A DNA stretch of 13,502 nt from Thermoanaerobaculia bacterium (GTDB lineage Bacteria; Acidobacteriota; Thermoanaerobaculia; UBA5066). Under the pieces are notes generated by a model that was given only the letters and a program-made list of their open reading frames with translations, did no database searches and was not told the DNA's origin. Both the position numbers and the translations under genes were made by a program. The DNA lies in contig JBBRRY010000054.1 of the NCBI GenBank assembly GCA_038245905.1, forward strand, positions 1-13,502, read 5' to 3'. This document shows positions 1-8,739 of this stretch, in pieces. Each line of letters opens with the position of its first letter. Positions within the stretch are counted from its first letter, which is position 1.

Positions 1-1
1 C

Positions 2-214
2 GCGCTCTCGCTCGCGGGCGGTTCCGTCGGGATCGCCCTGGGGATCGGGATCCAGCGCTTCGTCGCGAAGGTCGCGGGCTGGCCCGTCGCCCTCTCGCCC
101 ACCGCGATCGGTCTCGCGTTCGCGTTCTCGGCCGTCGTCGGAATCGCGTTCGGCTTCTACCCGGCCCTGAAAGCCAGCCGGCTCGACCCCATCGAGGCTC
201 TCCGATACGAGTGA
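2..214 (+). CDS. C-terminal fragment of ABC transporter permease (MacB/FtsX family), 5'-truncated by window edge
   Basis: Manual translation of frame 2 (not in the ORF track): ALSLAGGSVGIALGIGIQRFVAKVAGWPVALSPTAIGLAFAFSAVVGIAFGFYPALKASRLDPIEALRYE*. The hydrophobic helices and terminal GFYPAxKAxxLDPIEALRYE motif are typical of MacB-like permeases. Confidence 0.92.
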   Translation, partial: ALSLAGGSVGIALGIGIQRFVAKVAGWPVALSPTAIGLAFAFSAVVGIAFGFYPALKASRLDPIEALRYE

Positions 215-259
215 ACCCGAACCGCGCTAATCTTTCCGGATGAAGTCGGGCCTTTCCGG

Positions 260-2872
260 GTGAAACCGGATATCTCGGGCGCGAGCGCGGCAGTCTCCGG
301 CCTCACCCGCTCCGGGGGAGGGCTGCAGCCCTTCCGGGAGGCCGGGGCTTGGAACCCCCGCCGGTCCCTCGTGGCGCGGCTCCTCTGGTACGTCGTCCCG
401 GTTGTGCTCGTTCCTGCGACCGTTTACTGGCTCGCCGCGGACCGTATCGGCCGCGAGCAGCAGCAGGGCATTCGCGCCACGCTTCTCGCAGAAGCGCGCC
501 TCCGCGAAGAACAGTCACTCTCCGAAGAGGCGGCGGACCGGCTTCGGCAGATCGCCGACGCCTCGCGCGACGTCGTCACGATCGTCCGCCGCGCGGCCGA
601 CCAGGCGCAGGGTGCGCTCGAGGACGGTCCGGACCCGGGCTTGCCGGCCGAACCGCTCGTGGACGACGCGAGCGGGCTCCTCCGCACGGCAGGACATGGG
701 GTCAGTGCCGCGATGGTGAGCCGACGGACGGGCCTCGGGGTCCAGGCACGCCGCGATCTCGCCGCGACACGGCGTCTCGAGGCGCCGTTCGTCGTGCTCG
801 GCCTCGGTCCGGTGGACCTGTCCGCACTCTCGATCCGGACGGTCTCGGGCGTCCTCAGGGTGGTTCCCGGCCTCGATCTGAGTCCAGGCGGAAAGCCCAT
901 CATCGATCCGGCCTTCCGTTTCCCGAGCGCCTCGGCGCGGCCGCTCGTGGACGGCGCCGGAGCGGCGAACCCGCCGGCCGTCGCCTGGTCCGACGTCTAT
1001 GACGACTCCTATTCCGGAAATGGCAGCATCGTTTCCGCGGTCGCCCTCGTGAAGGGCAAGGACGGGCGGCTTCTGGGCGAGGTCGCTGCCGACTGGGTCT
1101 TTCCGCGGCTGTTCCAGGGATCGGAGGATCCAAAACTGCCGGACGACGTCGAGTTCGTGTTCACGCCGGACGGCAAGGCAGTTGTCGCGGCGCCCCCGAA
1201 GAGGATGACGCCTGAACAGGTCCTGGAGATCGGCTCGATCATCGCGAAGCGGGACGACGGCGTTCTCGAGGCGAACATCGGGGGCCAGGCGTTTCTTCTC
1301 GTCGTGCGCCGCGTGCCGGATCTCCGTTGGACGTACATCAAGGTCACGCCGCGAGCCGCGCTCGAAAGAAAAGTTGCCAGCCAGATCGATCCCATTTTTG
1401 CCGCGGCTAAGCGCAAGAGGGACGAGTTGCGACTGTTCTATCTCGCCCTCGTCGGGATTTTCGCGGCCGCCGTCGTCGTCGCGATGCACCGGGCACTGGG
1501 GCCCCTGCGCCGCGTCGCGCGGGTAGCCGACTCCCTCGCGTTCGGGCAGCCGACGCCGCGCCTTCCCGAGGGGGATCGTCTCGACGAGGTGGGCCGGCTC
1601 TATCGCGCCATGACGAATCTCGACCGGCGCGTCCGGTGGCGCATCGCCTCGATGGAGGGCGTTCACCGGCTCGCGGAGACGGCCGCCCTCATGACGCGCC
1701 CCGAGGAGACATTCGCGCAGCTCACGCGCCAGATCGCGGCTCTCGTCGGCGCGACGAAGGCCTGGATCTGCCTCTGGGATCCCGAGACCCGTTCTCTCGC
1801 TCTGACGCCCCCCGGGTTCGGCGTGTCCGACGATTCACTTCGCGGCCGCCGCCTCGGCCTGGAGGATCAAAGCCTTGCGGTTTTCTGTTACCGGACGGGG
1901 GAGACGTGCCTTCGAAACGACGTTTCGCCGGACCCGAGTCAGGCTGAAGCCCTCGTCGGCGCCCCTGGCATCGAGAAGAACATCGTCTTCGCGCCTCTCA
2001 AGGCGGAGGTTGGGATCCTCGGAGTCCTCGCGGTGGCCGACAAGCCAGGCGGCTTCGACGCCGAGGATCAGTCCGCGATCGACGGATACGCCGGTGAGGC
2101 CGCCCTTCTGCTCCGGAACGCACGCCTCTACGAGGAGCTGCAGCGCAGCTACGAGAGGATGCGGGACGCACAGCGGAACCGCGACTACTTTCTCCAGAAC
2201 ATCAACCACGAGCTGCGCACGCCGCTCACGGCCATCCTCGGATGGAGCGAAGTCCTCGCGGAGGACCGGCCCGACAAGGAGACGGTCAAGATCGCGGTGG
2301 ACCAGATCAACCGGTCCACGCAGTTTCTCCTCGCTCTCATCGGCGACCTTCTCGACCTGGGCCGTTTCGAGGAAGGGCGCACGCGCCTCGAGCCCGAGGT
2401 CGTGGATCTCGGCCCGCTCGTGACGGACTCCGTCGAGCCGGTCTCCGTCATGGCCGAGGCCAAGGGAATCCGGATGTCACTCGTGGTTCCGGCCGCGAAG
2501 ACGCCCGTGAGGCTCGATCCGCTTCGCATCCGGCAGGTCCTCTGGAACCTCGTTCACAACGCGGTGAAGTTCACGCCAAAAGGCGGCGAGATCCGCGTGG
2601 AGGCGGAAGCCGACGATCGGGGGGTCTCTTTCTCGATCGCCGACAACGGCGTCGGCATCGACGCGAAGGATGTTCCTCTCATCTTCGAGCGCTTCCGGCA
2701 GATCGACGGGTCGTCTACGCGCGCCTATCGCGGCATGGGGATCGGCCTCGCGCTCGCGAAGGCATTCGTCGAGCTGCACGGCGGCACGATTCAGGTCGAC
2801 AGCCAGCCGGGGCGTGGGACCACGTTTCGCATCCGTCTCCCGCGCATCGCAGTGCCTCCGGCAGAGGGTTGA
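260..2872 (+). CDS. Membrane sensor histidine kinase (TM, Cache-like extracytoplasmic domain, TM, HAMP, GAF, HisKA, HATPase_c)
   Basis: TM1 LLWYVVPVVLVPATVYWLA; dCache-like segment WSDVYDD...GRLLGEVAAD; TM2 LFYLALVGIFAAAVVVAM; HAMP PLRRV...DEVGRL; GAF ending LLRNARLYEEL; H-box NINHELRTPL; N-box WNLVHNAVKF; G1 DNGVGI; F-box FERFRQ; G2 GMGIGL. The GTG start at 260 is uncertain. Confidence 0.93.
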   Translation: MKPDISGASAAVSGLTRSGGGLQPFREAGAWNPRRSLVARLLWYVVPVVLVPATVYWLAADRIGREQQQGIRATLLAEARLREEQSLSEEAADRLRQIADASRDVVTIVRRAADQAQGALEDGPDPGLPAEPLVDDASGLLRTAGHGVSAAMVSRRTGLGVQARRDLAATRRLEAPFVVLGLGPVDLSALSIRTVSGVLRVVPGLDLSPGGKPIIDPAFRFPSASARPLVDGAGAANPPAVAWSDVYDDSYSGNGSIVSAVALVKGKDGRLLGEVAADWVFPRLFQGSEDPKLPDDVEFVFTPDGKAVVAAPPKRMTPEQVLEIGSIIAKRDDGVLEANIGGQAFLLVVRRVPDLRWTYIKVTPRAALERKVASQIDPIFAAAKRKRDELRLFYLALVGIFAAAVVVAMHRALGPLRRVARVADSLAFGQPTPRLPEGDRLDEVGRLYRAMTNLDRRVRWRIASMEGVHRLAETAALMTRPEETFAQLTRQIAALVGATKAWICLWDPETRSLALTPPGFGVSDDSLRGRRLGLEDQSLAVFCYRTGETCLRNDVSPDPSQAEALVGAPGIEKNIVFAPLKAEVGILGVLAVADKPGGFDAEDQSAIDGYAGEAALLLRNARLYEELQRSYERMRDAQRNRDYFLQNINHELRTPLTAILGWSEVLAEDRPDKETVKIAVDQINRSTQFLLALIGDLLDLGRFEEGRTRLEPEVVDLGPLVTDSVEPVSVMAEAKGIRMSLVVPAAKTPVRLDPLRIRQVLWNLVHNAVKFTPKGGEIRVEAEADDRGVSFSIADNGVGIDAKDVPLIFERFRQIDGSSTRAYRGMGIGLALAKAFVELHGGTIQVDSQPGRGTTFRIRLPRIAVPPAEG

Positions 2873-2888
2873 GCTCCTCCAGCTCTAT

Positions 2889-5351
2889 TTACCGCCGGTC
2901 CTGCGCCGGCCGCCGGTCACACGCGGCGACCGTGCCCTTCACGTAGTCGGCGATCGACTGCTGGGATTTGCTGAGGACGCCTTCCTTCTCGAGCGTCTGG
3001 AATGCTTCGAGGCTTCGTCGGTGCCACGAGCAGACGTCGGGCGGCGGCGGGGAATCGGTCGCACCCGTCCACGGTGGAGCCTCGGCGAGACCTCTCACGT
3101 CGCCGGTGTCTTTGAGGGCGGTCGCGCGCCGGACCCGGTCGTCGACGGAACCCGGGCTTTTCGCGAGCAGACGGTCGAGGATCGCGATCGCCTGCGGCCC
3201 GTGGGCGCGCCACCCCGCGTCGCCGGCCTTCACTTCGGCATAGGCGAGCCTGACGAGGATGGACGAGAGGGCTCGCTGGAGCGTGACGTCCTTCGGATCC
3301 GCAGACGCGAGTGTCTCGCGGATGGCGGCGGCTCTGCGGTAGCTCTCGAGGCCAGCCTGCTTGTCACCGATCTCGAGGAGGTTGTACCCGAGATCACTCA
3401 ACGTGAACGAGAGGTCGCGACGAGCCGTCGCGTTAGAATGCTCCGCGGCGATCGTGGCTTCCTCGATCGCGAGAGCCTTCCGGTAGCTCCGGATGGATTC
3501 GTCATACCTCTTGAGGGCCGCGAGCCGCCCGCCGATGTACTTTTGGCTCAGCGCGAGGCCGCGGCGCGCCCGTGGGTTCGCCGGATCCTCCGCGGCCAGC
3601 CTCTCGAAGATCGCGGATTCCTTGCGGTAGGACTCGAGCGCTCCTTCGGCATTGCCTGCGTTCGATTGGCTCGCTGCGACCGCGTGGTATGCCCGCGCGA
3701 GAGGCTCCTGATCGGCGAGGCGCACGGCGTCGGCGACGGCCTCCCGCGCCGCCGCTTCGGCCGCTTTCGTGTCCCCCGTGTCGGCCAGAATCTTGCTCAT
3801 CCGGATGCGCGTGTCCACGAGGGCGGCGCGGTCGCGCGGGTCCGCGCGCACACCTTTCGCCAGGTCCTCTCGAATCGCGAGCGCCTTCAGGTAACTGGCT
3901 TTCGCACCGACCGTGTCACCGAGATTCCCGAAGTTGCCGCCACCCTGAACGTCTCCCACTTTCTCGTAGGCGGCGGCCAGCTCGCGCCGGATCGAAGCAT
4001 CGCCGTGCGCGTCGCGCTCGAGGCTCTCGAGATACTCCAGCGCGCGCTTGACGACGATCTGTCGCGCCGGAGTCGAGCCCGCGAGGTCCGCGATCGCGTC
4101 ATGGAACTCGAAGAGGTACGTGTTCGCGAGCTTCCGGACGTCGTTGAACCGCCTCTCCGCGCGGGCCCTTTCCCGCGCGATCTGGACGAATCCCGCCACC
4201 GCGACGAGGACAACGAGTCCCGTCGCCGCGACGCTGAACCGGTGGCGCCGCAGGAATTTCCCCGCGCGGTAGCGAAACGTGTCGGGCCGCGCGAGCACGG
4301 GGCGCCCGTCGAGGAAACGGCGGAGATCATCGGCGAGCTGCTCGACGGTCGCGTAGCGCCGTTCGGGCTCCTTCGCCAGCGCCTTCCCGAGAACCGTGTC
4401 GAGATCGGCGCCGAGAAGCGGCGCCGATGATGCCGGTACCTGCTCGACGACGGCCCGTTCGATCTCGGCGGGGGAGCCTGTCGTCGTCCGGTATGGCAGG
4501 GCGCCCGTCAGGAGCCGGTAGAGGACGACTCCGAGGGAGTAGACGTCGCTCGCGATCGTGATCCTCTCGCCGCGGACTTGCTCGGGACTCGCGTATTCGG
4601 GCGTCAGGAGGCGGTGCACGGTCGCCGTGCGCTCTTCAGATGGGACGTCGAGCAGCTTCGCGAGCCCAAAGTCGAGGAGCTTCGGCACGCCGTCCTTCGT
4701 CACGAGGATGTTGCCGGGCTTCAGGTCGCGGTGAACGACGAGATTCTGGTGGGCGAACTGCACGGCGGCGGCAATGTCGAGGAACAACCGGATGCGCGCG
4801 TCGCGCGGGAGGCTCCGGCGATCCGCGAACTCGAGGAGGTGCTCCCCCTCGACGACCTCCATCGCGAACCACGGAAGGCCGTCCTCGGTCGTCCCCCCGT
4901 CGTAGAGGCGCGCGATGTTCGGGTGCTCGAGAGTGGAGAGGATGTTTCGCTCCGTGTGGAAGCGTTCGAGCAGGAGCTCCGAAACGAGCTCCAGCCGGAT
5001 CACCTTGAGCGCGGCGCGGCGCTCGAAGCCCTCGCCGCGGTGGACGCCGAGGTAGACGGAGCCCATTCCGCCGCGGCCGAGGTCGCCGAGGATGTCGTAC
5101 GGGCCGATTCGGGCGGGCCTGGGCTGGCGCGCGGCGCCCAAGGGTTCGTCCTGGAGGCTCGCCACTTCCGCGAGGACTCCGGCCTCGAGACGCCCGGGCG
5201 CCGCTGCGGCCCGGAGGAGCGACTCGACGTCGCGCCGGAGGGCTTCGTCGTCGCCGCAGGCCGACGCGAGGAAGGCCGCGCGCTCGTCTTCGGAGCGCTC
5301 GAGCGCTCCGAAGTACACCTCCCGCGCCTCGAGGAACCTTCTGTCCGTCAC
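2889..5351 (-). CDS. Membrane-anchored Hanks-type Ser/Thr protein kinase with C-terminal TPR-like helical repeats (ECF-associated type), about 820 aa
   Basis: Gly-loop LGRGGMGSVY, AALK, HRDLKPGN, DFG, TPEYASPE, SDVYSLG; TM FSVAATGLVVLVAVAGFV; repeated helical units (ESYRKE/RSYRKA/ESYRRA); N-terminal ERAAFLASACGDDEALRRDVESLL extension. Start moved from the track's 5492 to the GTG at 5351, which overlaps the sigma TGA as GTGA. Confidence 0.93.
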   Translation of the reverse strand: MTDRRFLEAREVYFGALERSEDERAAFLASACGDDEALRRDVESLLRAAAAPGRLEAGVLAEVASLQDEPLGAARQPRPARIGPYDILGDLGRGGMGSVYLGVHRGEGFERRAALKVIRLELVSELLLERFHTERNILSTLEHPNIARLYDGGTTEDGLPWFAMEVVEGEHLLEFADRRSLPRDARIRLFLDIAAAVQFAHQNLVVHRDLKPGNILVTKDGVPKLLDFGLAKLLDVPSEERTATVHRLLTPEYASPEQVRGERITIASDVYSLGVVLYRLLTGALPYRTTTGSPAEIERAVVEQVPASSAPLLGADLDTVLGKALAKEPERRYATVEQLADDLRRFLDGRPVLARPDTFRYRAGKFLRRHRFSVAATGLVVLVAVAGFVQIARERARAERRFNDVRKLANTYLFEFHDAIADLAGSTPARQIVVKRALEYLESLERDAHGDASIRRELAAAYEKVGDVQGGGNFGNLGDTVGAKASYLKALAIREDLAKGVRADPRDRAALVDTRIRMSKILADTGDTKAAEAAAREAVADAVRLADQEPLARAYHAVAASQSNAGNAEGALESYRKESAIFERLAAEDPANPRARRGLALSQKYIGGRLAALKRYDESIRSYRKALAIEEATIAAEHSNATARRDLSFTLSDLGYNLLEIGDKQAGLESYRRAAAIRETLASADPKDVTLQRALSSILVRLAYAEVKAGDAGWRAHGPQAIAILDRLLAKSPGSVDDRVRRATALKDTGDVRGLAEAPPWTGATDSPPPPDVCSWHRRSLEAFQTLEKEGVLSKSQQSIADYVKGTVAACDRRPAQDRR

Positions 5352-5968
5352 GGCGTCCCTGCGATCTCCCGCTGCAGCCAGGCCTCGGCGTGCCTCCATT
5401 CGCGGCTCACGGTCGCATGGGATACCTGCAGGACTTCGGCCGACTCCTCGATCGTGAGGCCGGCAAACAGGCGCAGCTCCACGAGCCGGCACTGCCTCTC
5501 GTCGAGGGCCGAGAGCTTCGACAGCGCGCGATCGAGGTCGAGGAGGTCGAGGCTCTTCGGCGGCGTCGCTGCGGCCGCGGCCGCGGCATTGTCGAGGCCG
5601 AGGAGGATCTGCCCGGAGCCGCGCTTCCCGGTGTTGCGAGCGCGCGCGTGGTCGACGAGGACCTGGCGCATCGCCCGCGCGGCGACGCCGAAAAAGTGAG
5701 CGCGGTCCTTCCAGTCGACGGATGCGCCCCCGACGAGTTTCAAATAGGCCTCGTGGACGAGGGCCGTGGGCTGAAGCGTGTGGCCGCCTCGCTCGGAGCG
5801 AAGGACGGCGCCGGCCCGACGGCGCAATTCATCGTAGACGAGGGGAAGGAGCCTTGAGAGCGCCTCGCGGTCTCCGGCGCCCCACTCGCGGAGGAGCTTC
5901 GTGACCTCTCCGGCCGGGGCGGCGAGCGGGGGCTCTTCCATGAGGGGATCCGAGACCGATTCTCGCAT
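5348..5968 (-). CDS. ECF RNA polymerase sigma factor, ECF43/TIGR02999-like (kinase-associated)
   Basis: EVTKLLREW..GDREALSRLLPLVYDELRRRA, HTLQPTALVHEAYLKL, WKDRAHFFGVAARAMRQVLVDHAR, and region 4 LVELRLFAGLTIEESAEVLQVSHATVSREWRHAEAWL. Alternative ATG start at 5941. Confidence 0.92.
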   Translation of the reverse strand: MRESVSDPLMEEPPLAAPAGEVTKLLREWGAGDREALSRLLPLVYDELRRRAGAVLRSERGGHTLQPTALVHEAYLKLVGGASVDWKDRAHFFGVAARAMRQVLVDHARARNTGKRGSGQILLGLDNAAAAAAATPPKSLDLLDLDRALSKLSALDERQCRLVELRLFAGLTIEESAEVLQVSHATVSREWRHAEAWLQREIAGTP

Positions 5969-6006
5969 TCCCCAATGGGGAGGCCTCGGGCTCCTCGGGA
6001 GGTCCC

Positions 6007-8721
6007 ATGCGAAACCGCATCAAGCTCGCCGCCGCCGTGACGCTCCTCACGCTAGCGGCCCCCGGGTTCGCCGCGACCTGGACGATCCCTGGCACCGTCA
6101 ACGCCGGCGGACTGAACAACACCCGGTTCGTGTCGGACCTCGCGCTGACGAACCCCGGGAGCGTCCCGACGCAGGTGCTGCTCTCGTTCATTCCGGTGAA
6201 CGGGACGAGCCCGGCCTTCGTCATGCTGGACCCGGCGGAAACGGTCGTGTATCGCAACGTCCTCGACACCCTCTGGGGGGCGCAGGGAGCCGGGGCGACG
6301 CGGGTCACGAGCGACCTGCCGCTTCTCATCCGGGCGCGGACGTACAACACCGCATCCTCGGGCACGTACGGCGTCGCCCTTCCCGTCTTCGCGGACGAGC
6401 GGCTGCTCTCGCTCGGCGACACGGCCGACAGCCTGTGGATCAGCCAGTCGGCCGACGGAAGTTCGGGCTATCGCACGAACGTCGCCGTCGTCTTCCCGGA
6501 CGACGGCGGAGGTGCCGCGACGGTGACGGTTTACGGCGCCGACGGCAGCAAGGCCGGTTCGCAGGAGTTCTCGCTTGACGCTCCCGGCTTCCAGCAGTTC
6601 GGCGTCGGCGGGTTTGCGGGAGCGGTGTCGATCGCGCGCGCCGAGGTGAAGGTCACCCGCGGTCGCGCCGCCGGCTACTCCGTCGTCGTCGACAACGTGA
6701 CGGGTGATTCGTCACTCTTCGCGTTCGAAGACCTGCCCGCCGGCGCCCAGGACGTCCTCGTCAACGGTGTCGCCCGGGCGAACGGACTAAACAGCACCTT
6801 TTTCCGGACGGACGGCCGCTTCTACAACCTCGGTACGTCCGACGCGACGGTGTCGGTGGCTTTCCACGACAAAAAGAACAGCAATCCGTCTCCCTTGACC
6901 CGGACGTTCACCGTTCCCGCGGGACAGATCCGCGATGTCGTGGATGTGCTGAACGCGCTGCTCGGCCTTCCCGTGGGCTCGGCCGGAGCGTTGCGCTTCA
7001 CGTCCGATGCGCCGGTTGCGATCCTGTGCCGCACGAGCAACGTCGATCCGCTCGGCGTCAAGCCGGGCACGTACGGCGCCCAGCAGAAGCCCACGCCGCT
7101 TCTCTCGTTTTTGATGTCGGCCGACGCGGGTGCGGTGGTCACCGGCATCCGGCAGAACGCGACGTTCCGGACGAACGTGGGCTTTGCCGCGGGAGCGGAC
7201 GGCGCCGACTACGCCCTGACACTCCAGAGCACGTCCGGCGACACCGTCGCGACGTCGGCGGGCTCTCTCGGAGCCTTCGGCTGGACGCAGCCGAACGTCC
7301 AGGACCTCTTCCCGGGTACGACGATCCCGGAGGACGCGACGCTTCGCGTGCGGGTCACCTCCGGAAGCGTCGACGTGTTCGATTCCTCGATCGATAACGC
7401 CTCCGGAGACCCGGTCGTCACGCCGATCATGGCGCTGCCGGAGGACATCCCGTCCGCGGCCACGATCGGTCCGCTGGGAGGATCGATTCGCTCGGAGGAC
7501 GGGAGATTCACGTTGAAGGTGCCAGCCGGCGCGCTTGCCGCGCCCGTGGCGTTCGGTCTCGTGGCGGCTCCGAACACGGCGCCGAACGGGCACGGCTCCG
7601 GCTACCTGCTGTCGCCGGGCGCCGCGGCGTTCTCGCGCTCCGCGAGGGTCGTCCTCCGTTACGATAAAGCCACCCTCTCCGCCAACGCGCCGGTCGGCCC
7701 GAACCTGGTTTTCCAGAGCGGCGGCTCGTGGTACGCGGTGACGAGATCGTCGGTCGACGCGTCGGCCCGAACGGTCAGCGCCGCCATTCCGGCGGCGTCG
7801 CCCGCGGTTTCGGTGCGCGGCGGGCGTCGCGCCTCCGCGGACGCGAGCACGGCCTGGGCGTCCCTTTACGCGGTCGACATCGTTCCGCCGACGAGGGTCG
7901 TCCTGTCGGGCGGTACCCTCGATCTTCGCGTCTCGGTCGTCGACGTAAAGGTCGGAGACCCGAGTCCCTACGTCCTCGTCCGGAACAAGGAGCTCTCGGG
8001 CTACAACTTCGACTGGTACGTCAACACCGTCTTGCGGGGCGGTGGGCTGGCCGGCTCGATCGAGGGGAGCGGCGCGTCGGTGACCTACAGGGCGCCCGCG
8101 AAGGACGCGAACCAGGCCTGCCTTCCGTTCGAAAACCCGGTTCTCATTCAGGTCTTCTTCGCCGATCGTGCCGCTCCCGGACCGAAGAGCGACTTCCTGA
8201 AGGCCCGCGTCGGCGTCCTCGCGAGGAACTGGTCGTTCGACTACTCCCTGGAGAGGAATGTGACCTGCGACTCGCCGGTGCCGAACGGCCCGGCGCGATT
8301 CGGATACGGATCGAAGGTGAACGCGACGTTCTCGATCGGCGAGAGTCTGACGGTGGGTAGTCTTCACAAGTCGAGTTCGGAGCTGTTGAGGGTCGAAGCC
8401 TCGGCGTGTTACGGAGACTGCTCGATCACGATGGGACCGATCCGGACGATCGACATCGTCGGCCTCGAGGGAAGCTCGTTTGTGGACTCGGGGGATGCCT
8501 ACGCACCGTTGCATCTGAAGTTCTCCCTCCAGGATCCCGGCGATCCGTCCTTCACGATCGTGTGCCCCGATACACCGGTGGTGATCAAACCCGAACCGCC
8601 CGTGACCCTGAATCCTCGGGAAATCAGGGTGTCGGTGGAGGGCGGCCAGACTCCGCTGAGTTCTTACAGCTTCAACAAGGAGACCGCCCTCGCGCTGCCG
8701 TTGACGCCGAAGTGCGAATAG
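6007..8721 (+). CDS. Large secreted protein: signal peptide, two tandem homologous beta-rich domains, ZU5-like segment and Cys-containing C-terminal region; function unknown
   Basis: GGAGGT RBS at 5998-6003; Sec-type signal MRNRIKLAAAVTLLTLAAPGFA; internal duplication; ATIGPLGGSIRSEDGRFTLKVPAGAL resembles ZU5-like starts; 904-aa ORF with high-GC codon usage. Confidence 0.85.
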   Translation: MRNRIKLAAAVTLLTLAAPGFAATWTIPGTVNAGGLNNTRFVSDLALTNPGSVPTQVLLSFIPVNGTSPAFVMLDPAETVVYRNVLDTLWGAQGAGATRVTSDLPLLIRARTYNTASSGTYGVALPVFADERLLSLGDTADSLWISQSADGSSGYRTNVAVVFPDDGGGAATVTVYGADGSKAGSQEFSLDAPGFQQFGVGGFAGAVSIARAEVKVTRGRAAGYSVVVDNVTGDSSLFAFEDLPAGAQDVLVNGVARANGLNSTFFRTDGRFYNLGTSDATVSVAFHDKKNSNPSPLTRTFTVPAGQIRDVVDVLNALLGLPVGSAGALRFTSDAPVAILCRTSNVDPLGVKPGTYGAQQKPTPLLSFLMSADAGAVVTGIRQNATFRTNVGFAAGADGADYALTLQSTSGDTVATSAGSLGAFGWTQPNVQDLFPGTTIPEDATLRVRVTSGSVDVFDSSIDNASGDPVVTPIMALPEDIPSAATIGPLGGSIRSEDGRFTLKVPAGALAAPVAFGLVAAPNTAPNGHGSGYLLSPGAAAFSRSARVVLRYDKATLSANAPVGPNLVFQSGGSWYAVTRSSVDASARTVSAAIPAASPAVSVRGGRRASADASTAWASLYAVDIVPPTRVVLSGGTLDLRVSVVDVKVGDPSPYVLVRNKELSGYNFDWYVNTVLRGGGLAGSIEGSGASVTYRAPAKDANQACLPFENPVLIQVFFADRAAPGPKSDFLKARVGVLARNWSFDYSLERNVTCDSPVPNGPARFGYGSKVNATFSIGESLTVGSLHKSSSELLRVEASACYGDCSITMGPIRTIDIVGLEGSSFVDSGDAYAPLHLKFSLQDPGDPSFTIVCPDTPVVIKPEPPVTLNPREIRVSVEGGQTPLSSYSFNKETALALPLTPKCE
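6073..7430 (+). repeat. Protein-level tandem duplication of a ~220-aa domain (about 6073-6725 and 6751-7430)
   Basis: Collinear motif pairs: GLNNTRFVSD/GLNSTFFRTD, AGATRVTSDLP/AGALRFTSDAP, GTYG/GTYG, YRTNV/FRTNV, VDNVTGD/IDNASGD. Confidence 0.85.
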
Positions 8722-8739
8722 CGTGAACTCTCCGGGTAC

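Noticed and set aside
5352-5492. Longer kinase start at 5492
   Set aside because: It would overlap sigma region 4 by about 145 bp; the GTGA-coupled start at 5351 is more plausible.
2670-5699. + strand ORFs of 586 aa (2670-4430) and 373 aa (4578-5699)
   Set aside because: Antisense to the Ser/Thr kinase and sigma genes, with no recognisable domains.
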